A stretch of DNA of 56,276 nucleotides, counting the filler, from Sphacelaria rigidula (Eukaryota), in assembly GCA_964200075.2 (NCBI GenBank). It is 7 parts of 7 records of this genome, joined end to end, with 100 filler letters (N's around TTAATTAATTAA, not from the genome) between each part and the next. Parts side by side here need not be neighbours in the genome. Positions count along the whole stretch, not along the records: positions 1 to 7,954 come from CAXNAA020012856.1; positions 8,055 to 16,008 come from CAXNAA020012857.1; 5 more parts are not named here. One strand, 5' to 3'. A program made the translations under genes and the position numbers. The first letter of the stretch is position 1, and every line of letters starts with the position of its first letter. Under the pieces are notes generated by a model. That model made no database searches. It was not told where the DNA came from and worked only from the letters and a program-made list of their open reading frames with translations. This document shows positions 1-11,656 of this stretch, piece after piece.

Positions 1-72
<72 letters not shown>
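1..72. repeat. (AAT)n microsatellite at contig start
   Basis: About 24 perfect ATA/AAT units. Confidence 0.98.
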
Positions 73-73
<1 letters not shown>

Positions 74-925
74 GGGGGTTCACGCGAAGGAATACAGTAT
101 GATGCTCGGATGGGCACTTATTTTCATGGCGTCCCAAGGAGATTTTCGTTCCCACTGCGCAGGGCGCGCGATGTGTTCGTGTGTTTGGTATTCCCGTGAT
201 TTCGCATCTCTCGTGGAGTCGCTACGATTCGCTTGGGTTTGGCTCACAGCGAGCATCCGCCGTGGCGATGGGGACGTCTTCCCCTAAGTCTTCAGCCGTG
301 CTTACTCGAGCCGTTAGAGCATTTACAACGAGCAGATGAGAACGAGTCGGACTCGAGTCATACTCGGATCATGTCGAAAAGTGAGCCCACGCCTCATCAA
401 ACGATTCCTAGTATCACCAGGATAGATCAGATCCGAGGAATGTGTTGATTTATTTACCCCTGAAAAGTGGAGTTATTGACCTGTGGTCCCATGAGCCGTT
501 CTGTAAACCCCAAAACATGCTCCTGGGATCGCTTGTTTATGCAAATTGTGTGGCCTGCGCACATGTCGGAGAGCGGACCAATAACGTTTTTTTTTTCCGC
601 TTTGCTTTTGCTTTACTTCGCTCTCCTCGGCTTCGCCTTCCTTTGCTGTGCATGACTGGCAGACACGAGAGGCTATCGAGGGATTCAATGCCTTGAATTT
701 CGCTCGATTTTGGCAGCCGGATTACCAAGGAGGATGGGGTGGAATCGTTACCGTTTCGAAAACCGAGAAGTTGTACGTCATGACCCGCTGGTTTCCGCCA
801 CCGCCGAGAGAGGACTTAATCTGATGAAGAAGAGAATAGCTCTGAGGAAGAACGGGATAGCTCTGGAAAGTTTTGAAACATAATTGATTACTTTCGTGTT
901 ACTTTGGTTGGGGACGTTATACGGA

Positions 926-935
926 GTTGTTGAGG

Positions 936-976
<41 letters not shown>

Positions 977-1011
977 GCTGTTGCTGTGGTTATTTTTGCT
1001 GCTGCTGTTGT
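926..1011. repeat. (GTT)n/(GCT)n microsatellite
   Basis: Perfect GTT run at about 935-976 decaying into GCT; it explains the poly-V and poly-T ORFs. Confidence 0.95.
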
Positions 1012-2081
1012 CATTATTCCTTCGTTCTCTCAAGGATTATCTGTGCGTGTTTCCGTTAGGTATGTTGTCTGTCCTGAAGTAAACGGAAACGTGTTGTGTG
1101 TTTTGTTGTCGTATCTTTTTTGTATTTTTTTGGCAGTGAGCAGGTCTTACGTGGATACTTATTTTTTGTCTTGGGGAAGCATATTTTGTAGTGCAAGGTA
1201 TTGCTGTAATACGTGTGAGAGTGTCGTCTGAACAGCCGAAATATATGGCGTTTTGCTGTATGAAAAGGAACATATGTCCGCGCGTGTTGGTCTGGCTGCC
1301 TTTTCGCTTCCGGTGTTGTCCACGTGTTTTTTTCCCTTCTGTTCATGTGGTAAAAACAAGAACACTGTCATGTCTTTTTTGTTTGTTTTCCAAGGTAATT
1401 GTTTTATGTTTTGGTAATCGTTTAGTACGTTATGTATTGAAGGTTCACGAATGTTTTGATGCTGGAATACACCCCCGGGTGACAATATTTTGCCTTTGGT
1501 TTCTCAAGCATCCCCTGCAGTCTCCGAGGTTGTATCATGCCGTAGGAAGATCTCGGCGTTAGTCTGACGCAATATGTCACAGGACACGGAGGTTAGCGCC
1601 AGGATGTTCCGAGAAGATGGACTGATTGCGGTTCACCATCTGATCGAGCCTAGATACATCGTTTCCCCTGCGCACTCACGCAACAATCGACAAAGTAATG
1701 TGCCAACCTCTCCCCCAGCACAGACCTATCTCGCTCCCCCTCTTCAACTCCGACAAAACAACGCGCGTTTTCGTTCCAGAGTGACACGCAATTTATTCGA
1801 GTACTTGATGCCCGGCGTTGCATTCACGGGGTGATATACCCACTACACGCGCAGACAAGTTTTAACGTCACCATTTGTGCTACTGGCGTTGCTCGGCTGC
1901 AAAACAAAGCTTTTTGAGGCTGGCTGTTAGGCCCCGTACCGGCTGGGATGATTGGACTCTTGAATTTCTCTTCGCGGCTGTGGGTGACGTTACCTCTATT
2001 CCTTCAGCCACTAAGATCAATACTTTTTGAGTTCACGCTAGAACAACGTAATTTGTTTTGGGCCAAATACATCAATAAGAT

Positions 2082-2411
2082 GGGATCTTACACTATGAGG
2101 ATGGATCTCTTATTGGGGACGAGAAACCCGGAGAAATAAAATCTTCGCATCCACATCAAATATTTGAAACATGGCTCCATTTCTTCACCTACTGATAGCT
2201 ATTGACAACTGCTACACGCCATAGAAGTTTGGATTCCGACCACCGAAATGTTGGGGTCCTAGGTCAAAAACCAATTTTGGGAAATTTGTCAATAGCTACC
2301 AGTACGTGAAGGAATGGAACTTTATTTCGAAGATTTGTTGTCGGTACGAAGAGTTCAACTCTCCGGGTTCTTATCCTCCATAAAAAATCCATCCCCAATT
2401 TGTAAAATCCC
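2082..2411. mobile_element. Long-TIR MITE family A, diverged copy
   Basis: Starts GGGATCTTACA and ends TGTAAAATCCC; arms are mutually inverted and align with the copy at 25118-25577 (shared CACCTACTGATAGCTA...CTGCTACACGCCATAGAA). Confidence 0.8.
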
Positions 2412-2471
2412 GCCTTAATCTCTTTATTCCCTCGTCGACCGTCAAGTCGAATTTTGTGTACCCAGGACATA

Positions 2472-2594
2472 GTCACTCCCCACTGCTGAGCATTGTGTGG
2501 GAAAAAAATCCCAGATCGCTCCGAGATCCGAACCCATGACCCAACCGGCAGAAGATGTTAAGAGGGTACCAACTGTGCCACCGGGGCGATCAGT
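2472..2594 (-). mobile_element. tRNA-derived SINE-like element
   Basis: Reverse strand reads GCCCCGGTGGCACAGTTGGTA...GGGTTCGGATCTCGGAGCGATCTGGGA, with Pol III A-box and B-box; related copies at 40271-40330 and 47561-47677. Confidence 0.75.
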
Positions 2595-3764
2595 CCATGA
2601 GAAAATATCTTCAGGTCTTGCTCGATAACACAGTGACTTCGAGGCCGGAAAGTCTACGAGGTCGATCTTGAACAGCTCCTCGTGCCGTGAGCTCCAGCAT
2701 CTCCAATGACAGCCCATCATGCTGTGCAGTTGTTCTGAACAATGAATGGAACGCCTGAGAAGGCACGGCTGTGTAGTGTAGTATCGTGTGATGTTACGTT
2801 ATTGACCGTGAGCGCCGGAGGTGGTCCCATTGTGGCATCGGGATCATGTTCAGTTGAAAAGGAGTGAAAATAACACCGGACCACCTCCGGCGGTGAAAGA
2901 ATTACGACATGGGTGCGCTGATGTACTCTTGCGCAGCAAAGTCTATACACTTTGGTGTGGTAAAACGTATAGTACAGTATTACATTGTGATACACTTCTT
3001 GCGTGGGCGCACGTTGTCCAGCTAGGTGGAACTTGACAACCTGCGGATTTGCCTGGCTAGACGCGGCGCAACTAGTATATCTACCACGAGTTTTTTGCGG
3101 TGCAATTGGACCGTCTTGTACCCCTGCCCGCAGATTCCACCTTGTATGGAATAAAAACACAGCTTGGAAAAAAAATGTAACGGCGTTTTCGATCAAACAG
3201 TGTAACTGCTCGAGCTCGGCGGGGCTAAACACCGCTCAAATTTTGATTGTTGTGTTTACGCTGCTGTGCCACATCATTATTACACTGCACCGCATCAATA
3301 TCGCACCACGAACAGTTGCACTTTCAGGAGTGAAATACCACGCCAAGCTACTTGGTGCCTGTCCTGGTCTTGAAGGTGTGTTGATTCGAACCATCTCGTA
3401 TTGTGGAAATAAATGCCGTACGATGGCGAGGTTCATGTGCGATTCTCACCCGCACCTGAAATACATGTTCTCAATGTCCGGGATGTACTACATTCAATCC
3501 AAAGTATCCAGCAGCATGTTTTGTTAGGTTGCGGGCTTCGAAGAATGATACGCAAGGTACTGTAGTTGCTGCGGTAATACCTCAAAGCCGACTGCTTGTG
3601 CGATATATAATATGACGAGGTAGTTGTAGCTTCTAGCTTCGAGCGCACGCACGGCGGGACGGTTTGCCTCGGCATTCGAGTTGACAACATGTTCGATTAT
3701 AGCGCAAGTCGAACGTATGCAGTCAAACCACGGCTAGTTGTGGTGGTGAGTATTCCAGTGCGGT

Positions 3765-3839
3765 AAAGTATGCCGGCCACGAAAACCTCGCTCCGCTCTG
3801 CTTACCCTTTCTGATAAATACACATGTTCGACGTCTCCG

Positions 3840-3905
<66 letters not shown>

Positions 3906-4036
3906 ACACACCCCCACCCCACCACACCAACACNNNNNNNNNNAAAGTATGCCGGCCACAAAAACCCCCCCCCCCCCTCCTTCCCCTTTCTGATAAATAC
4001 ACATGTTCGACGCCCCCGGTGCCCCCCCCCCCCCCC
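3765..4036. other. Assembly artefact: same ~80 bp duplicated either side of a 10-N gap next to poly-C
   Basis: AAAGTATGCCGGCCAC...GATAAATACACATGTTCGACG occurs at about 3765 and 3944; the second copy differs mainly by bases replaced with C runs. Confidence 0.75.
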
Positions 4037-5348
4037 CTCGTACTGTCTCAACTAGCCAACAGCCGATGAACGAACACACGGCGATACATAGCCACAATTC
4101 ACGCGTCGAGCGAGGACCCAAGTAAATGATCATGTTGTTTATGTTGAAATGCGAAATACTAGGCGCAAGCAAAGATATGACTGACTCAGCTGGATTAGTG
4201 TGTTTTCATGTTTTGGTTTGGATATCAAGCTAAGCGGAGCATCCCGCCTGACTCGATCCCTTTCCTCGGCACCAAGCGGCTAGCTCTACCCCGTTTCACG
4301 TGTGCGTGCTCACCCATTCACACCATGCACGTATGATCTATTCTCCAAATCGTTTGCTGAGTGTGGTGAGATGACGATGATGCCCGACGGAACCCCGCCG
4401 ATACCCCCCGAAAGTAATCAAATGTGTACCTCTAAACGGTTATAGGATCCGTTACCGTCATGTACGTAAGAACATAAACGTCATTTTGAGTGTCACAGCA
4501 ACAAATAGTTGAATCCATTGTCACACATTGTTCTCGCTCTTTCGCACTGGCGAATCAGCCCCGACGCGACTGGTGCAGTCGCTAGTACTGCCGACTGTTC
4601 TCGCATGCCGACCATGATTTGTAGGCATGATAGTTTTGGCAAGTCGGGAGACGCGCACATTCGCCAACCTCAAACAAGTATAGATATAGATATAGTCTAG
4701 ATATAGAAATAGATATAGTCTAGATATAGATACAGATCACATCGACCACGTTATGAATAACGAGTTCTCGTGATTTTTCAGGGATTAATAGCACAGGCCC
4801 CGAACAACCTTCAAACGGATAACATTGCGCATAGGCGCCGAAATGGATAACTATAATCACCAGGGAAGATACGACAACCATGTACAACATAGAAACGCGT
4901 ACTTTTTGGAGACCGTGTCGTGATATCGGGGAAAGCAAGAAAATTGATACATCATGGTTCAAGTCGATACGTTCGCTTGTGAGCGAAAAGCGAAGGCTTA
5001 GACTGCTGCAGCGTCTCAAGCTAAAATCTGACTATCGTCCTCATCCTATCAAGTGCGTGTTCACGTCTTGGATACGTGCCACTGTAGTCCTCCGCGCCTT
5101 CGCACGTATTTGTTCAAAACTTACACCCCCTTCGGCTGTGCATCTTGAAGGCCTCTTGATGAAATGACAGGCTCAAAACCGAGAGATACATCTTGAAGTT
5201 ACAAACAGAACATACTTTCAATGCATCGACCTCACGTACTCGACCGACCAAAAAAATAACCCCACAAGTGAACGAAAAGCCAGCAGTCCTTCCCTCCTGA
5301 GACACGCATACACCTATTTGGAGCATATTCGTTAGCATCATAATAGAA

Positions 5349-5610
5349 CAGTGGGTTCTCAAAAATTGGGTTTGGTAAAAAAAAAATGCTGAACTCAAAA
5401 GCAGTGCTTTCCCTGAGCTAAAGTCATGACAAATGACTTTCATATGGACGACCTCATCCTTCCCGACCTCCCGAAAATTATTTCGGAGGATTTCTAGTCT
5501 TCTATTCCCCCAAAGAGTGTAAGCGAAATCACATTTTTGCCTCGATTTCGAGGTGAAAAAGGGACACTATTTGGCCCCGTATGAAGCATCTTCCAGGAAC
5601 CTTGAGCTAC
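5349..5610. mobile_element. Foldback/MITE family B, partial
   Basis: GACTTTCATATGGACGACCTCAT...TTGCCTCGATTTC is shared with 24304-24637 and more distantly 11340-11656; begins CAGTG. Confidence 0.7.
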
Positions 5611-6434
5611 AGGGAGAGTGCCCATAAAAGTCGGTAATGCAGGGGTTATTGCGGAGTTTAGAGGTTGGCAGTGGTACCCCCATGGTCAAGAGCAAAGTGC
5701 AGCGCAAGTGCCTGAAGGGAGATTGGTTGGTCCCACGACAGTTAGGACTCGTCTCGAGGAAGGAAAGGGGGTTAAACACGCAGAAAAATACAGGACTCTG
5801 CCTTCTCCCCACAGACTCAAACCATACCGTGAAAACTGTGTCAGGTTCCGATGTCACAGCATCTTGTGTTTGTCGTCCGCTGTTCTTCCACGCCCTCCTT
5901 CGACATACTCGAATGTTCGACCCCTAAATTAGCGACAAAACACGCCGAGGGCACCACCACAACAGTGCCAGCCGTAAACCCTACTCTAGATTCACCTGTT
6001 TGTGCTTACTAGACTACAGTACGAGCGTAGATATATGGCTTCACCGATCGACCACTATTGTCACTTCTGCTCAAATATTCAGGTCCGAAGTGACACGTTC
6101 GCGGGGTATGCAAAAAGTCTTCTACTCTTCCGCTCCCCGACGCGTTCTCCGTCTGTCATCGTTGTGGCCCAGCTTCCCCCTTGATTCAATTTGTAACTAC
6201 CTTTCAATGCTGCTGCTACAGTATACTGTAGCACACCATCGTTCTCAGAAGGAACATCGTCACTACAAGTAGCCTTCCTAAACTCCTTTCCTCGCATGTT
6301 CTCTTGTGCTGTCCCTGATATCTCATCCCTAACTGTTTACCCTACACTTTCATTTCCATCCCCGCGTGCGTTCTGACGCCAAATCACAGTTTCTCAACGG
6401 CTGCTACTACCGCTGTCACGGTATCACCACAACC

Positions 6435-6623
6435 ATGCCGTCGCGAGGAGGCGTGAAACTGGTCGTAGCCGCTGGTTTGTTGCTCGTTGTATTCTCGTAC
6501 ACTGCAAGTTCGACAACACTATATAAGATAACTTCAGATCCTCCGGGACAGCTGCAGGATGCATTGGATAAGGTGGGACCCGGGGATTCGATTGAATTAG
6601 CAGATGGTGACTACAGGGAGGAG
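6435..6623 (+). CDS. Exon 1 of a secreted right-handed parallel beta-helix (pectin lyase-like) protein
   Basis: ACAACC-ATG; signal-peptide-like MPSRGGVKLVVAAGLLLVVFSYTASS; beta-helix cap motif LQDALDKVGPGDSIELADGDY; donor GAG|GTGAGT, 189 nt, phase 0. Confidence 0.85.
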
Positions 6624-7469
6624 GTGAGTTCATCCCAGGTTGTGCTGAGAGGTAACTCGTGTAATTTTGATCGATTATGTCGATTGTTGCATATTTAATG
6701 TGAATATTCCACGAGGAATCTACCAGCGGGCCAGGTCAACCATACGGAAACACTCGCCGATAGGAAAAGCTCGAGCGAGGAGAGACCAAGAAAAAAGATA
6801 CACCAAACAAGAGTAAAGTGAAAAAAAACACTCGAACCATATATTTATATATATATATATATATATCTGTTGAAAACGGCGTGGCTTTTGCACACGATAT
6901 TATGCGGTACTGTGTTCATCTGTCGCCCTTCCGAATGTGTAAGCTTCTGAACAACAGCGCACGAGCTCCAGCGCTTTGTCTCGCATGCTCTGCGTACGAA
7001 ACCGGAAACGTTCACAAGCAGGCGTTGGCTCATGTTTACAAAAAAACTCACTCTCCATTCCATTTTGTACGCATGATCTGTACCGTTGTACTCCCTCCGT
7101 CAGCTGGAATATTTTTAGACGCAGGTCTTGTGTTTGGCCGCCCTCGACAACTCACAGAAGCGGAGTGCTTTGATATAGGCGTACCCGAAATATTAACTCG
7201 AGTACTTGGATCAATACAGTCTTCCTGCAAGTACAAAAGAACAGACGGTGCTTGCAGGGTATTCAGCCTGGTGATGAACCGACGTTAATGCTTTTCTGCA
7301 CAGACGTTAGCCAGAAGCTGATGATGAAAAACGGCGTTTCTGCTTTTTTTTCATAATACCTGGTTTCAATGTATGATTGTGCTTTTCTTTGTGAGGATGG
7401 TTCATGTATTACTTGCGATACCAATTTTTTAATCGTTTGCTATTACCTATGCTTGAATGTTCGATACAG

Positions 7470-7720
7470 GTCGTTACCAAGAAAAGTGGGGAACCAGGTA
7501 ACTACATCACCATTAGGGGAAGTTCCTACAGGGCAGTTCTCAAGGGAGAAGAAGATGGTTCGAGTCACATCTTCGACCTGCAACACTCGTACTACCACCT
7601 CGACCGTTTCACCATCGATGGCTACCAAGGGGATGAAGTATACGCCGACAAGTGCCTGTACGTCCAGACCAACCGAGACAGGGATGAAGCTTACAAGGAA
7701 ATCGAATTCAACGGCCACAG
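7470..7720 (+). CDS. Exon 2 of the beta-helix protein (gene runs off the contig)
   Basis: Acceptor TACAG| in phase with exon 1; VVTKKSGEPGNYITIRG...FTIDG...DKCLYV continues the fold; donor CAG|GTGGGT. Confidence 0.85.
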
Positions 7721-7954
7721 GTGGGTGCACCTCTGAGTTTCGCACGCAGCAGTTATTTGTGTGTGTGTATGTGTGTGCGTGTCAACCTCTCTATGAATAT
7801 TCGGTCCCTTGTCTTCGGTTTCAATGTCTGGAACCTTGTTGCGCTGCTGTTGCTGCTGCTGCTGTTGTTGTTGGTAGTGGTGGTGGTAGTGGTGGTGTCG
7901 TTGCTGCTGCTGCCGTTGTGGGGGAGGGGGGGGTGGTGTTCACGATCTAGCGGG

Positions 7955-8054
7955 NNNNNNNNNNNNNNNNNNNNNNNNNNNNNNNNNNNNNNNNNNNNTT
8001 AATTAATTAANNNNNNNNNNNNNNNNNNNNNNNNNNNNNNNNNNNNNNNNNNNN
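7955..8054. other. Artificial contig spacer
   Basis: N44-TTAATTAATTAA-N44 (stops in all six frames). Confidence 0.99.
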
Positions 8055-8112
8055 CTTTGTAGGGATGCGAGGTCAATGGTCTGATGACTATGGCAGGCAT
8101 GATCATGAGTAC
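8055..8112 (+). repeat. Dispersed ~100-bp repeat family F, truncated by contig start
   Basis: TGTAGGGATGCGAGGTCAAT core; related copies at 18046, 21458, 30104, 43043 and 54696. Confidence 0.8.
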
Positions 8113-8421
8113 ACCCCCCCTGGGGGCTTGCATAACGCACCATTGAGAAGAAGATCAGCACTCCCGCAGCCCGTCGACTTACGTTGAGTAAGTTTTTGTT
8201 TGCTTACATCCTCACACCGTCGGACGGAGGTGAACAAAATAACCCATCATTGTTACAATTGGAACGCACAGAAATGCGCGCCCAAACCAGCCCTTGCTGA
8301 TGTACCAGCTTGACCACCGGGCACGGCACCTATATATGTTTTTCGTTAGAGATGATGTCACATGATAACAAGGCCGAAGCTCACAAAAGTAGGGTGGTGT
8401 GTGCACTGCGACAAGTTTTAA

Positions 8422-8902
8422 CAAGGGATTTCAGTTGGTTAAACTCTCACGCCGCTTTCTTGAGCAACGCTTTACGAACGCTCGAGGCGCATACCCCGCA
8501 TGACCCCCACACGGTGGTCTTGCTGAGCCTCCAGGTAATCGGCACACGAACCCATTCGCGGGGTAAGGTTGGGTGTTATTTCTTCGTTTCTTCAGAAAAA
8601 CAAAAAAAATGGCATAATAATCTCCGTACTTTCGCACTCCACCGATGCCGTCGCACGCACGCACGTGTATATATGACAGACACCCATGACAAGCACTCTC
8701 GATCGAAGCTCTCATAAGAGTATGTCGGCGCGTGCACTGCGCTAAGTTGATAAAGGGGCTTCGTGAGTTCAACTCCCACACTCCCTTGAGCAAAGCTCTT
8801 CGAGCGCTCGAGACGCCTAGCTCATGTGATCGCCACACGGTGGTCTAGCCGATCCTCCGGGTAACCGGCACACGACGCCCGTTCGCGGGGTAAGTGTTGG
8901 GT
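8422..8902. repeat. Two nearby copies (8422-8575, 8752-8902) of dispersed repeat G
   Basis: Shared CTTGAGCAA...CCACACGGTGGTCT-GC-GA-CCTCC-GGTAA-CGGCACACGA...TTCGCGGGGTAAG; a third, inverted copy at 36335-36456. Confidence 0.8.
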
Positions 8903-8984
8903 AAGGGTTCCAACTTCCCTCAAACACAAGAAAAAATATAAACTCCCCTCCGTACGTTTTGCTCTGCGTCGCTCCCGTCGTCAG

Positions 8985-9122
8985 CCAACCCCAGTGGTTC
9001 CACCCAATGGAGCTCCACCAGGTGGAAAGTGGGTACAAGAAAAGTACTGCGGACAAACTACATGGATCATCGGGATATTCTGTTTCCCCTGTATATGCTG
9101 CTGCCCATGCGACGACCGAACG
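8985..9122 (+). CDS. Internal exon of a small Pro-rich/Cys-rich membrane-anchored protein (CYSTM/BRI3-like architecture)
   Basis: Pyrimidine-rich GTCAG| acceptor and ACG|GTGAGT donor, 138 nt, phase 0/0: PTPVVPPNGAPPGGKWVQEKYCGQTTWIIGIFCFPCICCCPCDDRT. Confidence 0.8.
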
Positions 9123-10074
9123 GTGAGTCATGAACGCATAGTTGTCGCCGTGTTCCCACGAAATGATGTAGATTGTATCGAATGCCGACCTCTCCTGTAG
9201 CACGCCACTCGCAATTACGAGCTTGGCCAGCCTACAAACGGATTGAAGCTCTCAAAGCGATATCTCAACGACACAGACGAGTTGGTCCGTGATCCGCATA
9301 TCGTATTAATCGTCTAATCAAGGGGAAGGTGCCCATCTGCTCAAAAATCTGGGCCAATTTTTTCTCGTCAAGTAAACCCCATGTATGGCAATTCCTATAT
9401 CTAGCGGAGATAGCATCCGCACTAAAATCTATATGAAACCCCGAACGATCGATCAAGCGGATGATGACGATTTTTGATGTGGACCTTCCCTGGAGCGCGG
9501 GGAGACGATAGATACCCTCACTTTCACCTAATTCGTCATCTATCTCGAGATACGGCGTACATAATGTTTTATACTCAAATCGGTATACTACGAGCAGCGG
9601 CACTAGATGACCTAAATCTGGATATCGCGTCTCAGTTTTTGAGAGTTGTGCTATGAAATTTGGTATAGAGAACCGCTAGTGATGATAAAATTTAAAACAC
9701 AGGTTTTTCGGGGGTTTTCGTTTCTTTATCTTTTTCGTGTTTATACGTGGGGCTGAGGAGAAATGAACATTGCTCTTGGGCCTTATCCAATTTTTCAGCT
9801 CATTTTTAGAATTGTGATTTTAAACGTGATTTTAAACGCAACAAGGAGGATCACCTAGGTATAATCTTGAAAATAAAAAGGGGCTTCATTTTTTTTTAGA
9901 GGTTCGGGCGTTCTCGTGAAAAAATGGTCGTGACCATACTAGAACGCCCTCAATCAATGGTTCATCATGACCTGGCGAGGTTCCGCACAAAGTTTCAACC
10001 CATACACACCAGACGTGGGCCTGTAAACGGCCTGCAAAATACTGTTCCGAATTTCCGCCCACCCGGTTTTTCGA

Positions 10075-10340
10075 AGGTGATTCGCAATTTTTTTTTGGAA
10101 TTGAAAAGTGAAATTTTATCTGGACAATCAAGAGGGCATGAAAAAAGGCTGACAGTGAGGTCCCAACGTTTTTTTTTCATGATTTAAGGGCATTTTACTA
10201 AAACCTCAAAACTGATTATTGCCCTTAACTCATGAAAAAAAATACGTTGGGACCTCACAGACAGCCATTTTTCATGCCCTGTTGATTGCCCATACCAAAT
10301 TTCACTTTCCAACTCCAAGAAAAAAATTGCGAATTCGCCT
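10075..10340. repeat. Long inverted repeat (~118-bp arms, ~27-nt spacer)
   Basis: ATTCGCAATTTTT...GTGAGGTCCCAACG...TTAAGGGCA mirrors TGCCCTTAA...CGTTGGGACCTCAC...AAAAATTGCGAAT. Confidence 0.9.
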
Positions 10341-11339
10341 GCAAAGTACAAGTCCGCTTGTACGCTGGCCCAGCCTGTAGGGCCTGTGTTGAAATGCAGA
10401 TTGCACAATTTTCTCGAGCCGAGGGCACTTTTCAATATGAACCGCAGAGCAAATGGATGCCGACTGAGTCAAGAGTGGCTCGCGGTTGGAGTCTGACCAG
10501 ATCTGACTCGCAGTTCAACTCAATGTGGAGACTAACTGAAGAAAAAAAGTACAGGGAGTGCCGGGTGGAGGACTGAACACCCTCCTAACATTCAACACAT
10601 GAGCGTTCTATATGTCTTGACATATAGAACGAGGCGTAAGGGTTTTCTCGCGACTGATGGGGTTGTGTTCGAGGCCGATTTAGACAACCCGACCCCCGAT
10701 TTGAGCGATGTGACCGTCTTCAGGCCGAGAGTTTGGGTGTGAGTTCGGGTCACGTTAGGCCTTTAATCTTTTCTCCGAGCAACTCTCCATCAAACATTGA
10801 AGAGATCTGGGGTTTTGGAATAGGCCGGAACAGCCACACCATTTGCTGCACGAGCGAGAAGTTTGGGAAGGTGTAGGTGCCCCCCGCTGTTCTTGGGCGT
10901 GCTGCTGCGCGTAAGACGGCATGGTAGGTCAACGCACGCTGCGTCTCCAGCCGGCTGCTGAATGGTGTGCACTTGCGACCGACGCACGGCATGATGGATG
11001 CATATTATCACTAGTGCGTATGCATGAACATGTCTTTTTCTTGGCTTGATTTTCGCAAATGATGCTAGTTGCTCCTCCGTAGGAGACCTAACGTGATGTC
11101 TTGAGGTCCGCACAGCGGTTTCGAGTGCGCCCCACCTCGCCATCGCTTAGAATTTAGCCCTCAAGCTGAATTATAATTAAGACAGTCCGGTGCACGGATA
11201 GGCAGGAGGGGGGATTGCCCCCCCCCACCTAAGTTGTTTCGGACTTGGGTGATGAATCATACTCACCGAGTAAAACTCTATGCAATATCTTTGTTATGTC
11301 CTCATTCTCGACTTTGTGCACAAGTCACCCTACCCATCC

Positions 11340-11656
11340 GGACGTTGGTCCTCATCGGGGGGTTTTGTCTTCCCTTCCCCCAAATGGTATGTGCAGAAGC
11401 ATCGCTTCGATTCCGAGGTGAAAAAGGAACGATTTTAGCCCGAAAATGGTGATTCCGCACGTACCCTTTGGGGGAGCGGGGAAACAGGCAACTCCCAAAT
11501 ATAGTTTCAGGGAGATCATGGGGCATGAGGTCTTCGATACGAAGGCCATTCGTCTTGACGTTAGTTCAGGGAGATCACTGTTTTCGGGATTTAACCTAAA
11601 TTTAATATTCGATTTGATCTTCGAAGAAAACGTCCAGAAGGTATCCTGAAGCACTG
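11340..11656. mobile_element. Foldback/MITE family B, diverged copy
   Basis: TTCCCCCAAATGGTATGTGC...TCGATTCCGAGGTGAAAAAGG...GGGGCATGAGGTC aligns with 24304-24637; ends CACTG. Confidence 0.6.

Noticed and set aside
3723..4172. Poly-Pro and poly-Gly ORFs
   Set aside because: They are produced by a poly-C run and a duplicated, error-rich gap flank.
7999..8010. Regularly spaced TTAATTAATTAA palindromes as a biological repeat or recombination site
   Set aside because: Each is centred in 44+44 Ns; this is a synthetic six-frame-stop linker.
8081..8130. Hammerhead ribozyme core CTGATGA in repeat F
   Set aside because: No stem II-GAAA follows, and the other five copies lack CTGATGA.
8833..8889. Repeat G copy as an upstream exon of the Cys-rich gene (good GTAAGT donor, phase 0)
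   Set aside because: An in-frame TGA lies just upstream with no acceptor AG after it, and the same repeat occurs on another contig.
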